Positions 1 to 8,867 of a stretch of DNA of 64,000 bases are shown here, piece by piece; position 1 is the stretch's first letter, and each line of letters opens with the position of its first letter. This stretch comes from Burkholderiales bacterium (GTDB lineage: Bacteria; Pseudomonadota; Gammaproteobacteria; Burkholderiales; SG8-39), in contig DASSQD010000132.1 in the NCBI GenBank assembly GCA_035702665.1, positions 1,748 through 65,747 on the forward strand. Reading direction: 5' to 3'. The notes below the pieces were generated by a model. That model was not told the DNA's origin and made no database searches. It saw nothing but the letters and a program-made list of their open reading frames with translations. Both the position numbers and the translations under genes were made by a program.

Positions 1-1
1 C

Positions 2-31
2 TTCGATATCGGCGGCGGCTTCATGTTCTGA
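2..31 (+). CDS. 3' end of an upstream CDS cut by the window edge (...FDIGGGFMF*)
   Basis: Bases 2-31 read in frame to TGA (29-31), whose A is shared with the ATG of the next gene (TGATG). Only 9 codons are visible, so the product is unknown. Confidence 0.3.
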   Translation, partial: FDIGGGFMF

Positions 32-558
32 TGAATCGCGCCTCGCTCCGATCGCTTGCGGTACTGATCCTGTCGCTGGCCGCGACCGCGGCTCGCGGCG
101 AGGTCTATCAGGAGCCTGGCGCTTTCGTCGCGGAGGTCTTCGGCGCTGCGCCCGCGCCCAAGGTTCTCTGGCTCACCAGGGACCGGCAGGCGCAGGCGGC
201 CGCGATCCTCGGCCATCCTCCCGCCCAGCTGCGCCAGCGCTACTGGAGCGAGGGGCGGAAGAGCGTGTGGATCCTCGAGGAGACGGGCAAGGAGGAGCTG
301 ATCACCGCAGGCTTCGTGGTCGTGAGCGGGCATATCGATCATGTCCGCGTGCTCGTCTATCGCGAAAGCCGCGGCCAGGAAGTCCGGCAATCGTCGTTCC
401 TGAAGCAGTTCAAGGACGCCAAGCTGTCGGCGGGCGACCGGCTGGACCGGAACATCGACGGCATCGTCGGCGCGACGCTGTCGGTCGGCGCGATGGAGCG
501 CATGGCGCGGCTCGCGCTGCTGTTCGACCGGCTCAGCCGCGAGAGCGCCCAGGGATAG
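31..558 (+). CDS. secreted FMN-binding domain protein (FMN_bind, RnfG/NqrC-like), predicted ApbE substrate
   Basis: 175-aa ORF with a signal peptide (LAVLILSLAATAARG). C-terminal DGIVGATLSVGAM matches the D-x-x-[ST]-G-A-T-x-[ST] flavinylation motif. Confidence 0.8.
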   Translation: MNRASLRSLAVLILSLAATAARGEVYQEPGAFVAEVFGAAPAPKVLWLTRDRQAQAAAILGHPPAQLRQRYWSEGRKSVWILEETGKEELITAGFVVVSGHIDHVRVLVYRESRGQEVRQSSFLKQFKDAKLSAGDRLDRNIDGIVGATLSVGAMERMARLALLFDRLSRESAQG

Positions 559-561
559 GCC

Positions 562-1308
562 GTGTCGCCGAAGCTCGTCCTGCTCCTGTTCGTGCGCCGC
601 TGGCACGCGCGCATCGGCCTCGCCGCGGTCGTCTTCTTCCTCTTCCTCGCGGCGACGGGCGTCGTTCTGAACCACGGAACCGGTCTGGGCCTGGACAAGC
701 GCTATGTCCACGCCGCGTGGCTCGCGCGCTGGTACGGCATCGCGCCCGAGTCTCCGCGCCACGCGTTCCGCGCCGGCCGGCACGATCTCATCGCCGCGAA
801 CGGCCGCTGGCTTCTCGACGGCAGGATCTCGGGCGAGAAATTCCCGCAGCCGGTGGGGCTGGTCGAGCTCCCCGACATGGTCGTCGTCGCGAGCAGCGCC
901 TCGCTCTACATCTACGGCAACGACGGCGCGCTCATCGACCGGCTGGAGAGGAGCGCGCTGCCGGGAGTCCCGGTGCGGGCGATCGGGTCGGGGGGAAAGC
1001 AGCTCGTCCTGAGGACGGGCGCGGGAACCTTCGAGAGCCGCGACGCTCTCTCGTGGCGGCCCGCGCCGCGCGATGCGATCGCCTGGTCGGCGCCGGCCGA
1101 CCTCCCCGCCGCCGAGCGCGAGAGGTACGCGCAGCTGCTGGAGCCCGGCATTTCCGTGCAGCAATTGCTGCTCGATCTGCACAGCGGGCGGTTCGCCGGA
1201 CGCTACGGGCCGCTCGTCGTCGACCTTCTCGCCGCGTTTCTCGCGACCCTGTCGTTGAGCGGCGCCTGGCTGTTCCTCAAGCGCAGGCACCGGCGGGAGC
1301 GGCATTGA
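562..1308 (+). CDS. PepSY-associated TM-helix membrane protein
   Basis: 248 aa, GTG start 3 nt after the previous stop. N-terminal RRWHARIGLAAVVFFLFLAATGVVLNH and C-terminal DLHSGRFAGRYGPLVVDLLAAFLATLSLSGAWLF look like the paired PepSY_TM signatures. Confidence 0.75.
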   Translation: MSPKLVLLLFVRRWHARIGLAAVVFFLFLAATGVVLNHGTGLGLDKRYVHAAWLARWYGIAPESPRHAFRAGRHDLIAANGRWLLDGRISGEKFPQPVGLVELPDMVVVASSASLYIYGNDGALIDRLERSALPGVPVRAIGSGGKQLVLRTGAGTFESRDALSWRPAPRDAIAWSAPADLPAAERERYAQLLEPGISVQQLLLDLHSGRFAGRYGPLVVDLLAAFLATLSLSGAWLFLKRRHRRERH

Positions 1309-2342
1309 CCGCGCGATCGCTCGCGGTTGCATTCGCCCTCTTCGCGGCGCTTCCGTTCGCCGGCGCGCGTGCGGACGACTACCGCGCAAGCTCGTACGTC
1401 TTCGGGACCATCGCGCAGGTCACGGTGGCGGGCGCCGATCGCGCCCGTGCGCAGGAGGCGGTCGCGCGGGTTTTCGGCGAGTTCGACCGCATGCATCGCG
1501 AGCTGCGGGCGTGGGGGTCGGGCGATCTGGTCGCGCTCAACGAGGCGATCGCGCGGGGCGAGACGGGCATTCACACGACCGCGGAGATCGCAGCGCTCAT
1601 CCGGCAGGCGCAGGATCTCTCGGCGCGCTCCGGCGATCTCTTCAATCCCGCGATCGGCAAGCTCGTGGCGCTCTGGAATTTCCACCGCGACAAGCCAGGC
1701 GGCCCGTTGCCGGATGCGCGGGATATCGATCGATGGGTGAGGGCGCACCCGCGGATGCAGGACCTCAGTGTGCACGGCGATGAAGTGAGCAGCGCGAATC
1801 CCGCCGTGCAGCTCGACTTCGGCGGTTACGCGAAGGGGTACGCGCTCGATCGCGCTGCGGAAATCCTTCGCGCGGCGGGGATCGGCGACGCACTGATCAA
1901 CGTCGGTGGCAACGCCATGGCGCTCGGCCGGCACGGCGAGCGCCCGTGGCGGGTCGCGCTGGAAGCTCCGCGAGGAAACGGATTATTCGCAACGCTCGAG
2001 CTGAACGACGGCGAGGCGGTCGGCACTTCGGGTGACTACCGGCGCTACTACGAGATCGACGGCAAGCGCTATTCGCACATCGTCGACCCGCGGACAGGGT
2101 ATCCGGTAGCCGGCGTCGAATCCGTCACCGTTCTCGTCAGCGCGGGAGAGGGAGCCGGCGCGCTGTCGGACGCGGCATCCAAGCCGATCTTCATCGAAGG
2201 CCGAAGCGGGTGGAACGAAGCCGCCGCGCGCATGGGTGTTTCGAGTGCCCTGCTTGTGGATTCGGACGGAGTGATTCACGTCACTTCCGAGATGAGAGCT
2301 AGGTTACGGTTTCGTGACGACGCAAGGATTGCCGGCCGATAG
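1305..2342 (+). CDS. apbE: FAD:protein FMN transferase (ApbE family)
   Basis: C-terminal 345 codons of track ORF 267..2342. TTG at 1305 overlaps the PepSY stop (TTGA) and gives the signal peptide LTARSLAVAFALFAALPFAGARA. ApbE-like motifs: GGYAKGYALD, GTSGDYRRYY, YSHIVDPRTG. Confidence 0.85.
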   Translation: MTARSLAVAFALFAALPFAGARADDYRASSYVFGTIAQVTVAGADRARAQEAVARVFGEFDRMHRELRAWGSGDLVALNEAIARGETGIHTTAEIAALIRQAQDLSARSGDLFNPAIGKLVALWNFHRDKPGGPLPDARDIDRWVRAHPRMQDLSVHGDEVSSANPAVQLDFGGYAKGYALDRAAEILRAAGIGDALINVGGNAMALGRHGERPWRVALEAPRGNGLFATLELNDGEAVGTSGDYRRYYEIDGKRYSHIVDPRTGYPVAGVESVTVLVSAGEGAGALSDAASKPIFIEGRSGWNEAAARMGVSSALLVDSDGVIHVTSEMRARLRFRDDARIAGR

Positions 2343-2382
2343 GTCAAACCGGCTAGCCGGCTTTGCGGCTGACACGAGTGAT

Positions 2383-4587
2383 TCAAGGCCCAGTTATGCG
2401 CCACGCTGTCAACTTGCTTCCGGTCGGCACAACTAGATAGCCTTCGCCGACGCCGAATCCGGTGAGCGGCCCCACCACGTTGTGTTCGTCCGGCCCATTG
2501 ATCCCCGCGCCGGCGCTCTTGCTCCATACCGGGTTCCCCGTCGTGGCATCGAGTGCGTAGACGGTCCCGAAGGCCGAGCCGACGATCACGAACTGGTCGA
2601 CGAACAGCGGTGCGGAAACGAGGCCGCCATCACCATTAACACCCGCAAAGCTCCACAGCGGGTTGTGCGAGTACAGGTCGATGGCCTGGAGCGTCCCCGT
2701 GCTCTGGAAAAAGCCCGATTGAGTCGAGAACGCCGGGGCGGGGGTCGGGAATGGTGCGGGGAAGGTACCGACCTGGTTTCCCGTGGTGGCGTCGAGTACT
2801 TGCGCCACGGTGCTCACCTCGTCCCTCACGTACAGCAGCCCGTTCGCGTAGACCGACGTTCTGCCCCCCCCACCCTCGCATCCGCCCGAGTTGTGCCAAA
2901 GGGGAGATCCGGAGATGGGATCGAACTTGTACACTTGGCATGGATAGGACACGAACACGCCGTCGCCGGAAACTGTCGGCGAGCTCTCGTCGCCGTTCTC
3001 AACGCTCGCCATCCACAGCACGCTGCCGTTCGATTCATCGACCGCGTAAAGCGTGCCGCCGATCCCCGCGCCGCCTACGTAGACGACGCCGTTTACTGCG
3101 GTCGGTGGTGAGCTGAACGCGTACTGGCCCGGCATCTGCGCGCTCCAGCCCGCCTGCCCGGTCGCGCCGTCGAACGAGCTCAGCACTCCGTCATAGTTGA
3201 TGACGAACACTTTGCCATGGTCGTAAGCTAGGCCCGCCCAGAAATAGGTTCCTGGAACGAACACCGGGCCCCAGGCGTTGTTGCCGGTCTGTTGATCGAG
3301 GGCATACAGGGTCGTCCCGTACGGACTGCCGCCGGCCCCCGCAATGACAAACACCTTTCCGTCTGCTATCAATGGATACGAGACCGGGCCATTGAGCGTC
3401 ACCGACCAGGCCGCGCTACTCGGGAACGTGATTGGAGTGCCGAGCGTCGCGCTTCCCGAGTGCGCGTAGTCGATCTGGTAGGCAACCGATTGACTGAGGG
3501 GCGGGAGCGGAGACGGATTCGGCTGGAAGACGTTGATCGTGGTGGATCCGGAAACGCCATTAAGGGTGGCGGTGATGGTGGGCAAACCGGAGTCCACGCC
3601 GGAAACGAGTCCGGTGGCACTCACCGTCGCCTTGCTTGTGTCCGACGAGATCCATGTCACCTGCGCCGTGATGTCGATGGTGCTGCTGTCGGTGTATGTT
3701 CCGGTCGCGGTAAGTTGCTTCGTCCCTCCCTTTGCGACCGTTGAGACTTGCGGCGTCACAGCGATCGACTGGAGAACCGCGATGTTCGCGCCGACTACGG
3801 TGACGGGAACGTAGCTGAAACCGCCGAGTACGAGACCGGAACCATCTGCCGCGCCCGGAATATTCAGGCTGGTCACTATGCCAACGACGACCAGGCGGTT
3901 CCCCGCGCTCAGGTTGAACTGGGGAACCGTCACACTCGTCGTGCCAAGAGACTCGATATCGAGGAAACCTGACAGCGGCCATATCAGCTGGCCGTTGGGA
4001 TCTCCTGCGTCGAGAATCCCGATGCCATAGAGCGCTTTCGCGGTTGGAGCCCCTCCCGACCACCCTATGATGTTCGATACGACCGAGGACCAAGTTGCTC
4101 CGGCGGTCGGCGCGGATATCGTAGGATAGGCCGTGAACTGAGTTCCCGACACGGCATACGCGGCTCCGCCCACCATTACGTTGACACTTACGTTGCCACC
4201 GGGCGCGGTTGCTACATTTCCCTCGTAGTCCTGAAAGGTAGGGTTGTAGGCGAGGGCAACGCCGTTCACGGTTACGGAAGCGTTGGGATTGGGGACGCTG
4301 CAGGAATTGTCGAGGACGGCAACCAGCGCGCCTGTATTGAATCCAGCCGGCGCGGACCCAGGAGGGAAATCGAGCTTCTGCGCCTGAATGCAGGGCGCGT
4401 CAGAGCCTGAATCTCCGCCGCCCTTGCCACCCCCGCAGGCCGCAATCTGGGCCATAAGGAGGATCAGGAGACCCACCCTTAGGAAGCGGCTCAAGTCGTC
4501 GCCCACATGTGTCCGCACATGCCCCCCATGCGAGACCTCTAGCCAACTGTACGCATTTGCCTCGCGGGACACAAATGCCCGCCGCAA
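2383..4587 (-). CDS. large secreted lipoprotein with a Big_2 Ig-like domain and PQQ-like beta-propeller repeats
   Basis: 734-aa ORF with lipobox LMAQIAAC followed by GGG; the true start is probably downstream of 4587. Big_2-like segment VTPQVSTVAKGGTKQLTATGTYTDSS...ITATLNGVSGSTTINV. Repeated xLYALDxxTGxxxW-type propeller blades. Visibly lower GC than its neighbours. Confidence 0.8.
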   Translation of the reverse strand: MRRAFVSREANAYSWLEVSHGGHVRTHVGDDLSRFLRVGLLILLMAQIAACGGGKGGGDSGSDAPCIQAQKLDFPPGSAPAGFNTGALVAVLDNSCSVPNPNASVTVNGVALAYNPTFQDYEGNVATAPGGNVSVNVMVGGAAYAVSGTQFTAYPTISAPTAGATWSSVVSNIIGWSGGAPTAKALYGIGILDAGDPNGQLIWPLSGFLDIESLGTTSVTVPQFNLSAGNRLVVVGIVTSLNIPGAADGSGLVLGGFSYVPVTVVGANIAVLQSIAVTPQVSTVAKGGTKQLTATGTYTDSSTIDITAQVTWISSDTSKATVSATGLVSGVDSGLPTITATLNGVSGSTTINVFQPNPSPLPPLSQSVAYQIDYAHSGSATLGTPITFPSSAAWSVTLNGPVSYPLIADGKVFVIAGAGGSPYGTTLYALDQQTGNNAWGPVFVPGTYFWAGLAYDHGKVFVINYDGVLSSFDGATGQAGWSAQMPGQYAFSSPPTAVNGVVYVGGAGIGGTLYAVDESNGSVLWMASVENGDESSPTVSGDGVFVSYPCQVYKFDPISGSPLWHNSGGCEGGGGRTSVYANGLLYVRDEVSTVAQVLDATTGNQVGTFPAPFPTPAPAFSTQSGFFQSTGTLQAIDLYSHNPLWSFAGVNGDGGLVSAPLFVDQFVIVGSAFGTVYALDATTGNPVWSKSAGAGINGPDEHNVVGPLTGFGVGEGYLVVPTGSKLTAWRITGP

Positions 4588-4684
4588 ACGCGAGGTATGG
4601 ACCCCTGCACTACCTGTAAGGGTTTACCCTCGCAGGGCTTGGAAGGGACCGCGCTCTGATCCTGCCGCAGCGGTGTGGACTGCG

Positions 4685-4723
4685 CATCACCCGAACGGGT
4701 GATGTGACCGGCTCTGAGCCGGT
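4685..4723 (-). terminator. two adjacent GC-rich hairpins just downstream of boxB
   Basis: CATCACCC-gaac-GGGTGATG (4685-4704) and ACCGGCT-ctg-AGCCGGT (4707-4723), within 45 nt of the boxB stop. There is no U-tract, so terminator function is uncertain. Confidence 0.35.
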
Positions 4724-4728
4724 GCGCC

Positions 4729-6156
4729 TCAACTCAATCTCACGTACTCGTACTCGACCGCGAGGTTGTTAATCCCCCGATCCGGCGGGGCGATCCAGCC
4801 GGCCATCTTTCCCGGCTCCATCACGCGCTGCATCAGGCTCGCGACGTACGCCTTGTCCGAGGCGCTCGGTATCCACTCCGGCAGGCGCCGGTCGTATTCC
4901 TCGCGGCTGATGAGCTTCCCGTCCAGATCCGTGGGAACGTTGGCGAAGGCGCCGATCGCGCGGCGGAAGCGGCTGTTCGGGAGCCGCAGCTCGAACCCCG
5001 CTCCCGCGCGCTTGATCTGCATGTTCCAGCGCTTCAGTCCGATTTCGCAATCCCTGACGTACGCCTCGCGCAGCACTTCGTTCATGGCGTTGCGCAGGCC
5101 TACGGTTTCCTTCTTCAGCGCTCCACGGCCATCGGGCAGGTCGAGATCGCAGGTCGCCTCGGCGCAGACGTGGTCCTGGTACTGGGTGGTTTCGTCGGGC
5201 CGCCCCTTGATGCCGTTGGCGAAGGTGCTCGCGGCGTTCGAGGACACTTCCGACCCGAACAGGTCGAGCGAGGAGCTGAACCAGAAGTTGAGGTAGCGCT
5301 GGAGCAGCGGCAGGTCGACCGCGCCGTGGCGGCGGATCACCGCCGGATCGTCGGTGCCGGTCTCCTTCATCACCTCGAGCGTGCGCTTCACGATGCGGCC
5401 GATGCCGGTCTCGCCGACGAACATGTGGTGCGCTTCCTCGGTGAGCATGAAGCGGCAGGTGCGCGCGAGCGGATCGAACGAGGACTCGGCGAGGCTCTTC
5501 AGCTGGAACTTGCCGTCGCGGTCGGTGAAGTAGGTGAAGCAGAAGAACGACAGCCAGTCGGAGATCGGCTCGTTGAACGTGCCGAGGATGCGCGGCTTGT
5601 CGACGTCGCCCGAGTGGCGCGCGAGCAGCTCCTCGGCCTCCTCGCGCCCGTCGCGCCCGAAATAGGCGTGCAGCAGGTAGACCATCGCCCAGAGGTGCCG
5701 CCCTTCCTCGACGTTGATCTGGAAGAGGTTGCGCAGGTCGTAGAGGGACGGACAAGTATGTCCGAGCAGATGCTGCTGCTCGACGGAGGCGGGCTCGGTG
5801 TCGCCCTGGGTGACGATCAGCCGGCGGAACTGCGAGCGGAATTCGCCGGGCACCTGCTGCCACACTGGCTGCCCGAAGGAGTCGCCGAAGCCGATGGTGC
5901 GATCGGGAATGGGATCGGCGAGGAAGATGCCCCATCGATAATCCGGCATCTTCACGGTGCCGTAGTTGGCCCACCCCTGCGCGTCGACGCCGATCGCGGT
6001 GCGCAGATACACGTCGGCCGACGCGAAATCGTTCGGCCCCATCTCGCGCCACCAGTCGAGGAAGTGCGGCTGCCAGTGCTCGAGGGCGCGCTGGAGCGTC
6101 TTGTCGTTCGCCAGGTTGACGTTGTTGGGGATCTTCTCGCTGTAGTTGATGCTCAT
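4729..6156 (-). CDS. boxB: benzoyl-CoA 2,3-epoxidase, oxygenase subunit B
   Basis: Track ORF 4729..7206 is over-extended. The homologous part starts at MSINYSEKIPNN (ATG 6156, 475 aa). Diiron ExxH pairs are present (VEEGRHLW, TEEAHHMF), and the overall sequence is recognisably BoxB. Confidence 0.93.
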   Translation of the reverse strand: MSINYSEKIPNNVNLANDKTLQRALEHWQPHFLDWWREMGPNDFASADVYLRTAIGVDAQGWANYGTVKMPDYRWGIFLADPIPDRTIGFGDSFGQPVWQQVPGEFRSQFRRLIVTQGDTEPASVEQQHLLGHTCPSLYDLRNLFQINVEEGRHLWAMVYLLHAYFGRDGREEAEELLARHSGDVDKPRILGTFNEPISDWLSFFCFTYFTDRDGKFQLKSLAESSFDPLARTCRFMLTEEAHHMFVGETGIGRIVKRTLEVMKETGTDDPAVIRRHGAVDLPLLQRYLNFWFSSSLDLFGSEVSSNAASTFANGIKGRPDETTQYQDHVCAEATCDLDLPDGRGALKKETVGLRNAMNEVLREAYVRDCEIGLKRWNMQIKRAGAGFELRLPNSRFRRAIGAFANVPTDLDGKLISREEYDRRLPEWIPSASDKAYVASLMQRVMEPGKMAGWIAPPDRGINNLAVEYEYVRLS

Positions 6157-6176
6157 GTGCGTCCTTGCCGTCGGGA

Positions 6177-7850
6177 CTAGACCCGGTCCCAGTTGAACTT
6201 CGCCTTCGCGCCGCTTCCGTAGACTTTCAGCGCGCCGTGCTCGCCGACCGCGTTGGGCCGGCTGAAGATCCAGTTCTGCCACGCGGACAGCCTGCCGAAG
6301 ATCCGCGTCTCCATGGTCTCCTTGCCCGAGAAGCGCAGGTTGGCCTCCATGCCGGTGAGCGCGTCCGGAGAGAGGCTGGCGCGCTCCTCGATCGCGATGC
6401 GCACCTCGTCGTCCCAGTCGAGGTCGTCGGGCGTGAACGTGACCAGTCCCAGTGCCGAGGCGGCCTTGGCGTCGAGCCTCTCGCCGACGTGCGCGCGCGC
6501 GGCCTCGACCGGCTGCGGATCGCCGCAATAGTGCGTGGCGATCCGCGATTCCCGGTTCACCATCGGGTAGGCGCCGAAGTTCAACTCCGAAAGCGCGATC
6601 ACCGGAGCGCCCGCGTCGTCCGGAAGCTCGAGCATGTAGCTGCGGTCGGCCGCCAGCGCCAGCTCGAACAGGGTGCCCGCGAAGCAGGAGCCCTTGTCGA
6701 TCACGGCGAACAGCGTGCGCGAGGACACGTCCAGCCGCGCGAGGGTGCGGCGCAGGAAGCCGATCACCTCGCGCACGAACCAGTCGCTCTCGTTGGCCTT
6801 CAGCGCGGCGTCCGCGGCGAGGGCCTTGCTTGCGTCGCCCCGCGTGTTGAAGATCCAGGTGCCGATCTCGAGGTCGTTGGTGCGGAGCATCAGGATCGCG
6901 TCGTCCAGCTCGCGCGCCATCGCCAGCGGCCACCACTTGTCGCCGGCGGCGTGAATGGCTGCGACGGAGGAGGGGACGTCCTGGCGCGGCGCGAACACGG
7001 TGATCGTCGCGGTGCGCTGCCTGCGGTCGATTTTCACGTCGACGTTGTCGTAGTGATAGCCTCCCGCGTCGAGCGTGCGCTTGAGCGGATTCAGAGGCAC
7101 GCCCTTGCCGGTCCCGCGCGCGCTCTGCGCCGCCAGCGCGGCCGCGCGCGCGGCGACCGCCTCCTTGAAGCCCTGCGGCTTGGCGGTGTGGTCGACGAGC
7201 TTCCATTGCTTCGCCCGGTCGGCGCGCACGCCCTCGCTGGTCGTGCAGAACACGTCGGCAAGGTCGCGCCTGACCTTTCTCTTGTCGGTGACGCGCGTGA
7301 GGCCGCCCGTCCCCGGGAGCACGCCGAGCAGAGGCAGCTCGGGCAGGCTGACGGTGGAGGAGCGGTCGTCGATCATCAGGATCTCGTCGCAGGCGAGCGC
7401 GAGCTCGTAGCCGCCGCCGGCGACGGTGCCGTTGACCGCCGCGAGCGCCTTGAGGCCGTCGTGCCGGCTCGAATCCTCGATGCCGCTGCGCGTCTCATTG
7501 GTGAACTTGCAGAAATTCACTTTCCATGCGTGAGTCGAGGACCCCAGCATATAGATGTTGGCGCCGGAGCAGAACATGCGCTCGCGCGCGCTCGTGATCA
7601 CCAGGCATTTCACCTCGGGGTGCTCGAAGCGCACGCGGTTCAGCGCGTCGGCGAGCTCGATGTCGACTCCCAGATCGTAGGAGTTGAGCTTGAGCTTGTA
7701 TCCGGGCTTGAGACCCTTGTCCTCGTTCACGTCCATCGAGAGCGTCGCGACCGGGCCGTCGAACGCGAGCTTCCAGTGCTCATAGCGGTCGGGATGCGTG
7801 TCGTAGGTGACGGGAGGGGGAGAAGGCTGGGGTTCGAGGACTGCGCTCAT
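6177..7850 (-). CDS. boxC: 2,3-epoxybenzoyl-CoA dihydrolase (ring-cleaving, crotonase fold)
   Basis: 557 aa from MSAVLEPQ (ATG 7850, inside track ORF 6177..7955). Enoyl-CoA hydratase-like core (AAVNGTVAGGGYELALACD). Length and position 20 nt upstream of boxB fit BoxC. Confidence 0.92.
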   Translation of the reverse strand: MSAVLEPQPSPPPVTYDTHPDRYEHWKLAFDGPVATLSMDVNEDKGLKPGYKLKLNSYDLGVDIELADALNRVRFEHPEVKCLVITSARERMFCSGANIYMLGSSTHAWKVNFCKFTNETRSGIEDSSRHDGLKALAAVNGTVAGGGYELALACDEILMIDDRSSTVSLPELPLLGVLPGTGGLTRVTDKRKVRRDLADVFCTTSEGVRADRAKQWKLVDHTAKPQGFKEAVAARAAALAAQSARGTGKGVPLNPLKRTLDAGGYHYDNVDVKIDRRQRTATITVFAPRQDVPSSVAAIHAAGDKWWPLAMARELDDAILMLRTNDLEIGTWIFNTRGDASKALAADAALKANESDWFVREVIGFLRRTLARLDVSSRTLFAVIDKGSCFAGTLFELALAADRSYMLELPDDAGAPVIALSELNFGAYPMVNRESRIATHYCGDPQPVEAARAHVGERLDAKAASALGLVTFTPDDLDWDDEVRIAIEERASLSPDALTGMEANLRFSGKETMETRIFGRLSAWQNWIFSRPNAVGEHGALKVYGSGAKAKFNWDRV

Positions 7851-7881
7851 GATGTGCTCCGAAATGGGTGGCGATGCCGGC

Positions 7882-8787
7882 CTAGGCCGAGATGGCCTTG
7901 CGCAGCTCCGCCAGGCTCTTCTCGACCGGCTTGCCCGCCGTATCCACGGTGACATCCGCCTGGCGGTAGAGCATCGCGCGGCCTTCCAGTATGCGCCGCA
8001 GATCCTCCATCGCCTGGTCGTTGCCCGCCATCGGACGCGTATCGCCCTGTGCGAGCACGCGAGCCATATGCTCCTCCGGGGCGGCCTTCAGCCAGACGGT
8101 GAAGCAGCTCGACAGCAGCAGGTCGTAGGTCCCGGGCTCGGAGACGATGCTGCCCCCGGTCGCGATCACCGCGCGCTCGTTCCGTTCCAGCACCTTCTCC
8201 AGGCTGCGGCGCTCGTAGCGGCGGTAACCCGACTGCCCGTAGAGCAGGAAGATCTCCGAAAGAGAAGTGCCGGCCTCGCGCTCGACCTCCCGGTCGAGCT
8301 CGACGAAGGGAACGCCCAGCGCCTTGGCGAGCTTTGCGCCCAGCGTCGACTTGCCCGCGCCGCGCAGTCCGATCAGGGCGATCCGCTTCAAGCGCTCGTC
8401 GCGGGCGTTGCCGTAGTCGCGCAGCAGTTGCGAGTGCACGGCGGCGAGCTTCTGGCGCGGGAGTTTTTTCAGAAACTGCGTGGTGAGGTTCAGCTCCGCG
8501 TCCGCGCCGGAGTCCTCGGCGAGCAGCTCGGTGAGGGTGAGCTCGAGGGCCGCGGCGATCTGCCGGAGCAGCAGAATGGAGACGTTGCCCAGTCCCGCCT
8601 CGAGTTGGGCCAGGTAGCGCTCCGATACGCCCGAGTCGGCCGCGAGGACTTTGCGGGACTTCGCTCGCCGGGCGCGCGCTTCCCGCAGTCTTTCCCCCAG
8701 GAGCAGCAGGTAGTCGCGCTCGGGATCCGCGCCGCTTGCGGCGGCGCGAAGCGGAGGCTTCTTGACATCAACGCTCGGTAGGGGCAC
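7882..8787 (-). CDS. boxR: BzdR/BoxR-type regulator (XRE HTH fused to a shikimate-kinase-like domain)
   Basis: 301 aa, GTG start. N-terminal HTH (KVLAADSGVSERYLAQLEAGLGNVSILLLRQIAAAL) plus a P-loop kinase-like domain (IALIGLRGAGKSTLG). Lies immediately upstream of boxC on the same strand. Confidence 0.85.
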   Translation of the reverse strand: MPLPSVDVKKPPLRAAASGADPERDYLLLLGERLREARARRAKSRKVLAADSGVSERYLAQLEAGLGNVSILLLRQIAAALELTLTELLAEDSGADAELNLTTQFLKKLPRQKLAAVHSQLLRDYGNARDERLKRIALIGLRGAGKSTLGAKLAKALGVPFVELDREVEREAGTSLSEIFLLYGQSGYRRYERRSLEKVLERNERAVIATGGSIVSEPGTYDLLLSSCFTVWLKAAPEEHMARVLAQGDTRPMAGNDQAMEDLRRILEGRAMLYRQADVTVDTAGKPVEKSLAELRKAISA

Positions 8788-8789
8788 GG

Positions 8790-8833
8790 TGCAGTATAAT
8801 GCTTGCCATTCGCAAACGCGGCAGTATAATGCA
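8790..8833. promoter_or_regulatory. two 12-bp direct repeats GCAGTATAATGC (TGCA-N6-TGCA-like boxes), putative BoxR operators
   Basis: Perfect copies at 8791-8802 and 8821-8832 (30-bp period) in the 80-bp boxR/flavodoxin divergent gap. In context they read TGCAGTATAATGCT and GGCAGTATAATGCA. Confidence 0.55.
8803..8830 (+). promoter_or_regulatory. sigma70-like promoter for the flavodoxin-bclA operon
   Basis: TTGCCA (8803-8808), 16-nt spacer, TATAAT (8825-8830). The -10 box lies inside the second operator repeat. Confidence 0.45.
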
Positions 8834-8867
8834 GCCCCATGTCGAAACGCAAGCGTGACGTGGCACG

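Noticed and set aside
267-1304. N-terminal 346 codons of the 691-aa track ORF 267..2342
   Set aside because: The translation is Arg/Pro/Gly-rich nonsense. It overlaps the well-supported FMN_bind and PepSY genes in other frames. The ApbE homology and a good signal peptide begin only at TTG 1305.
6157-7206. Upstream extension of the boxB ORF (825 aa in the track)
   Set aside because: BoxB homology starts at MSINYSEK (6156). The extension is R/G/A-rich and lies entirely inside boxC in another frame.
8762-8767. Perfect TTGACA -35 hexamer near the boxR start
   Set aside because: It lies inside the boxR coding region and is 27 nt from the nearest TATAAT, too far for a sigma70 promoter. TTGCCA at 8803 is better spaced.
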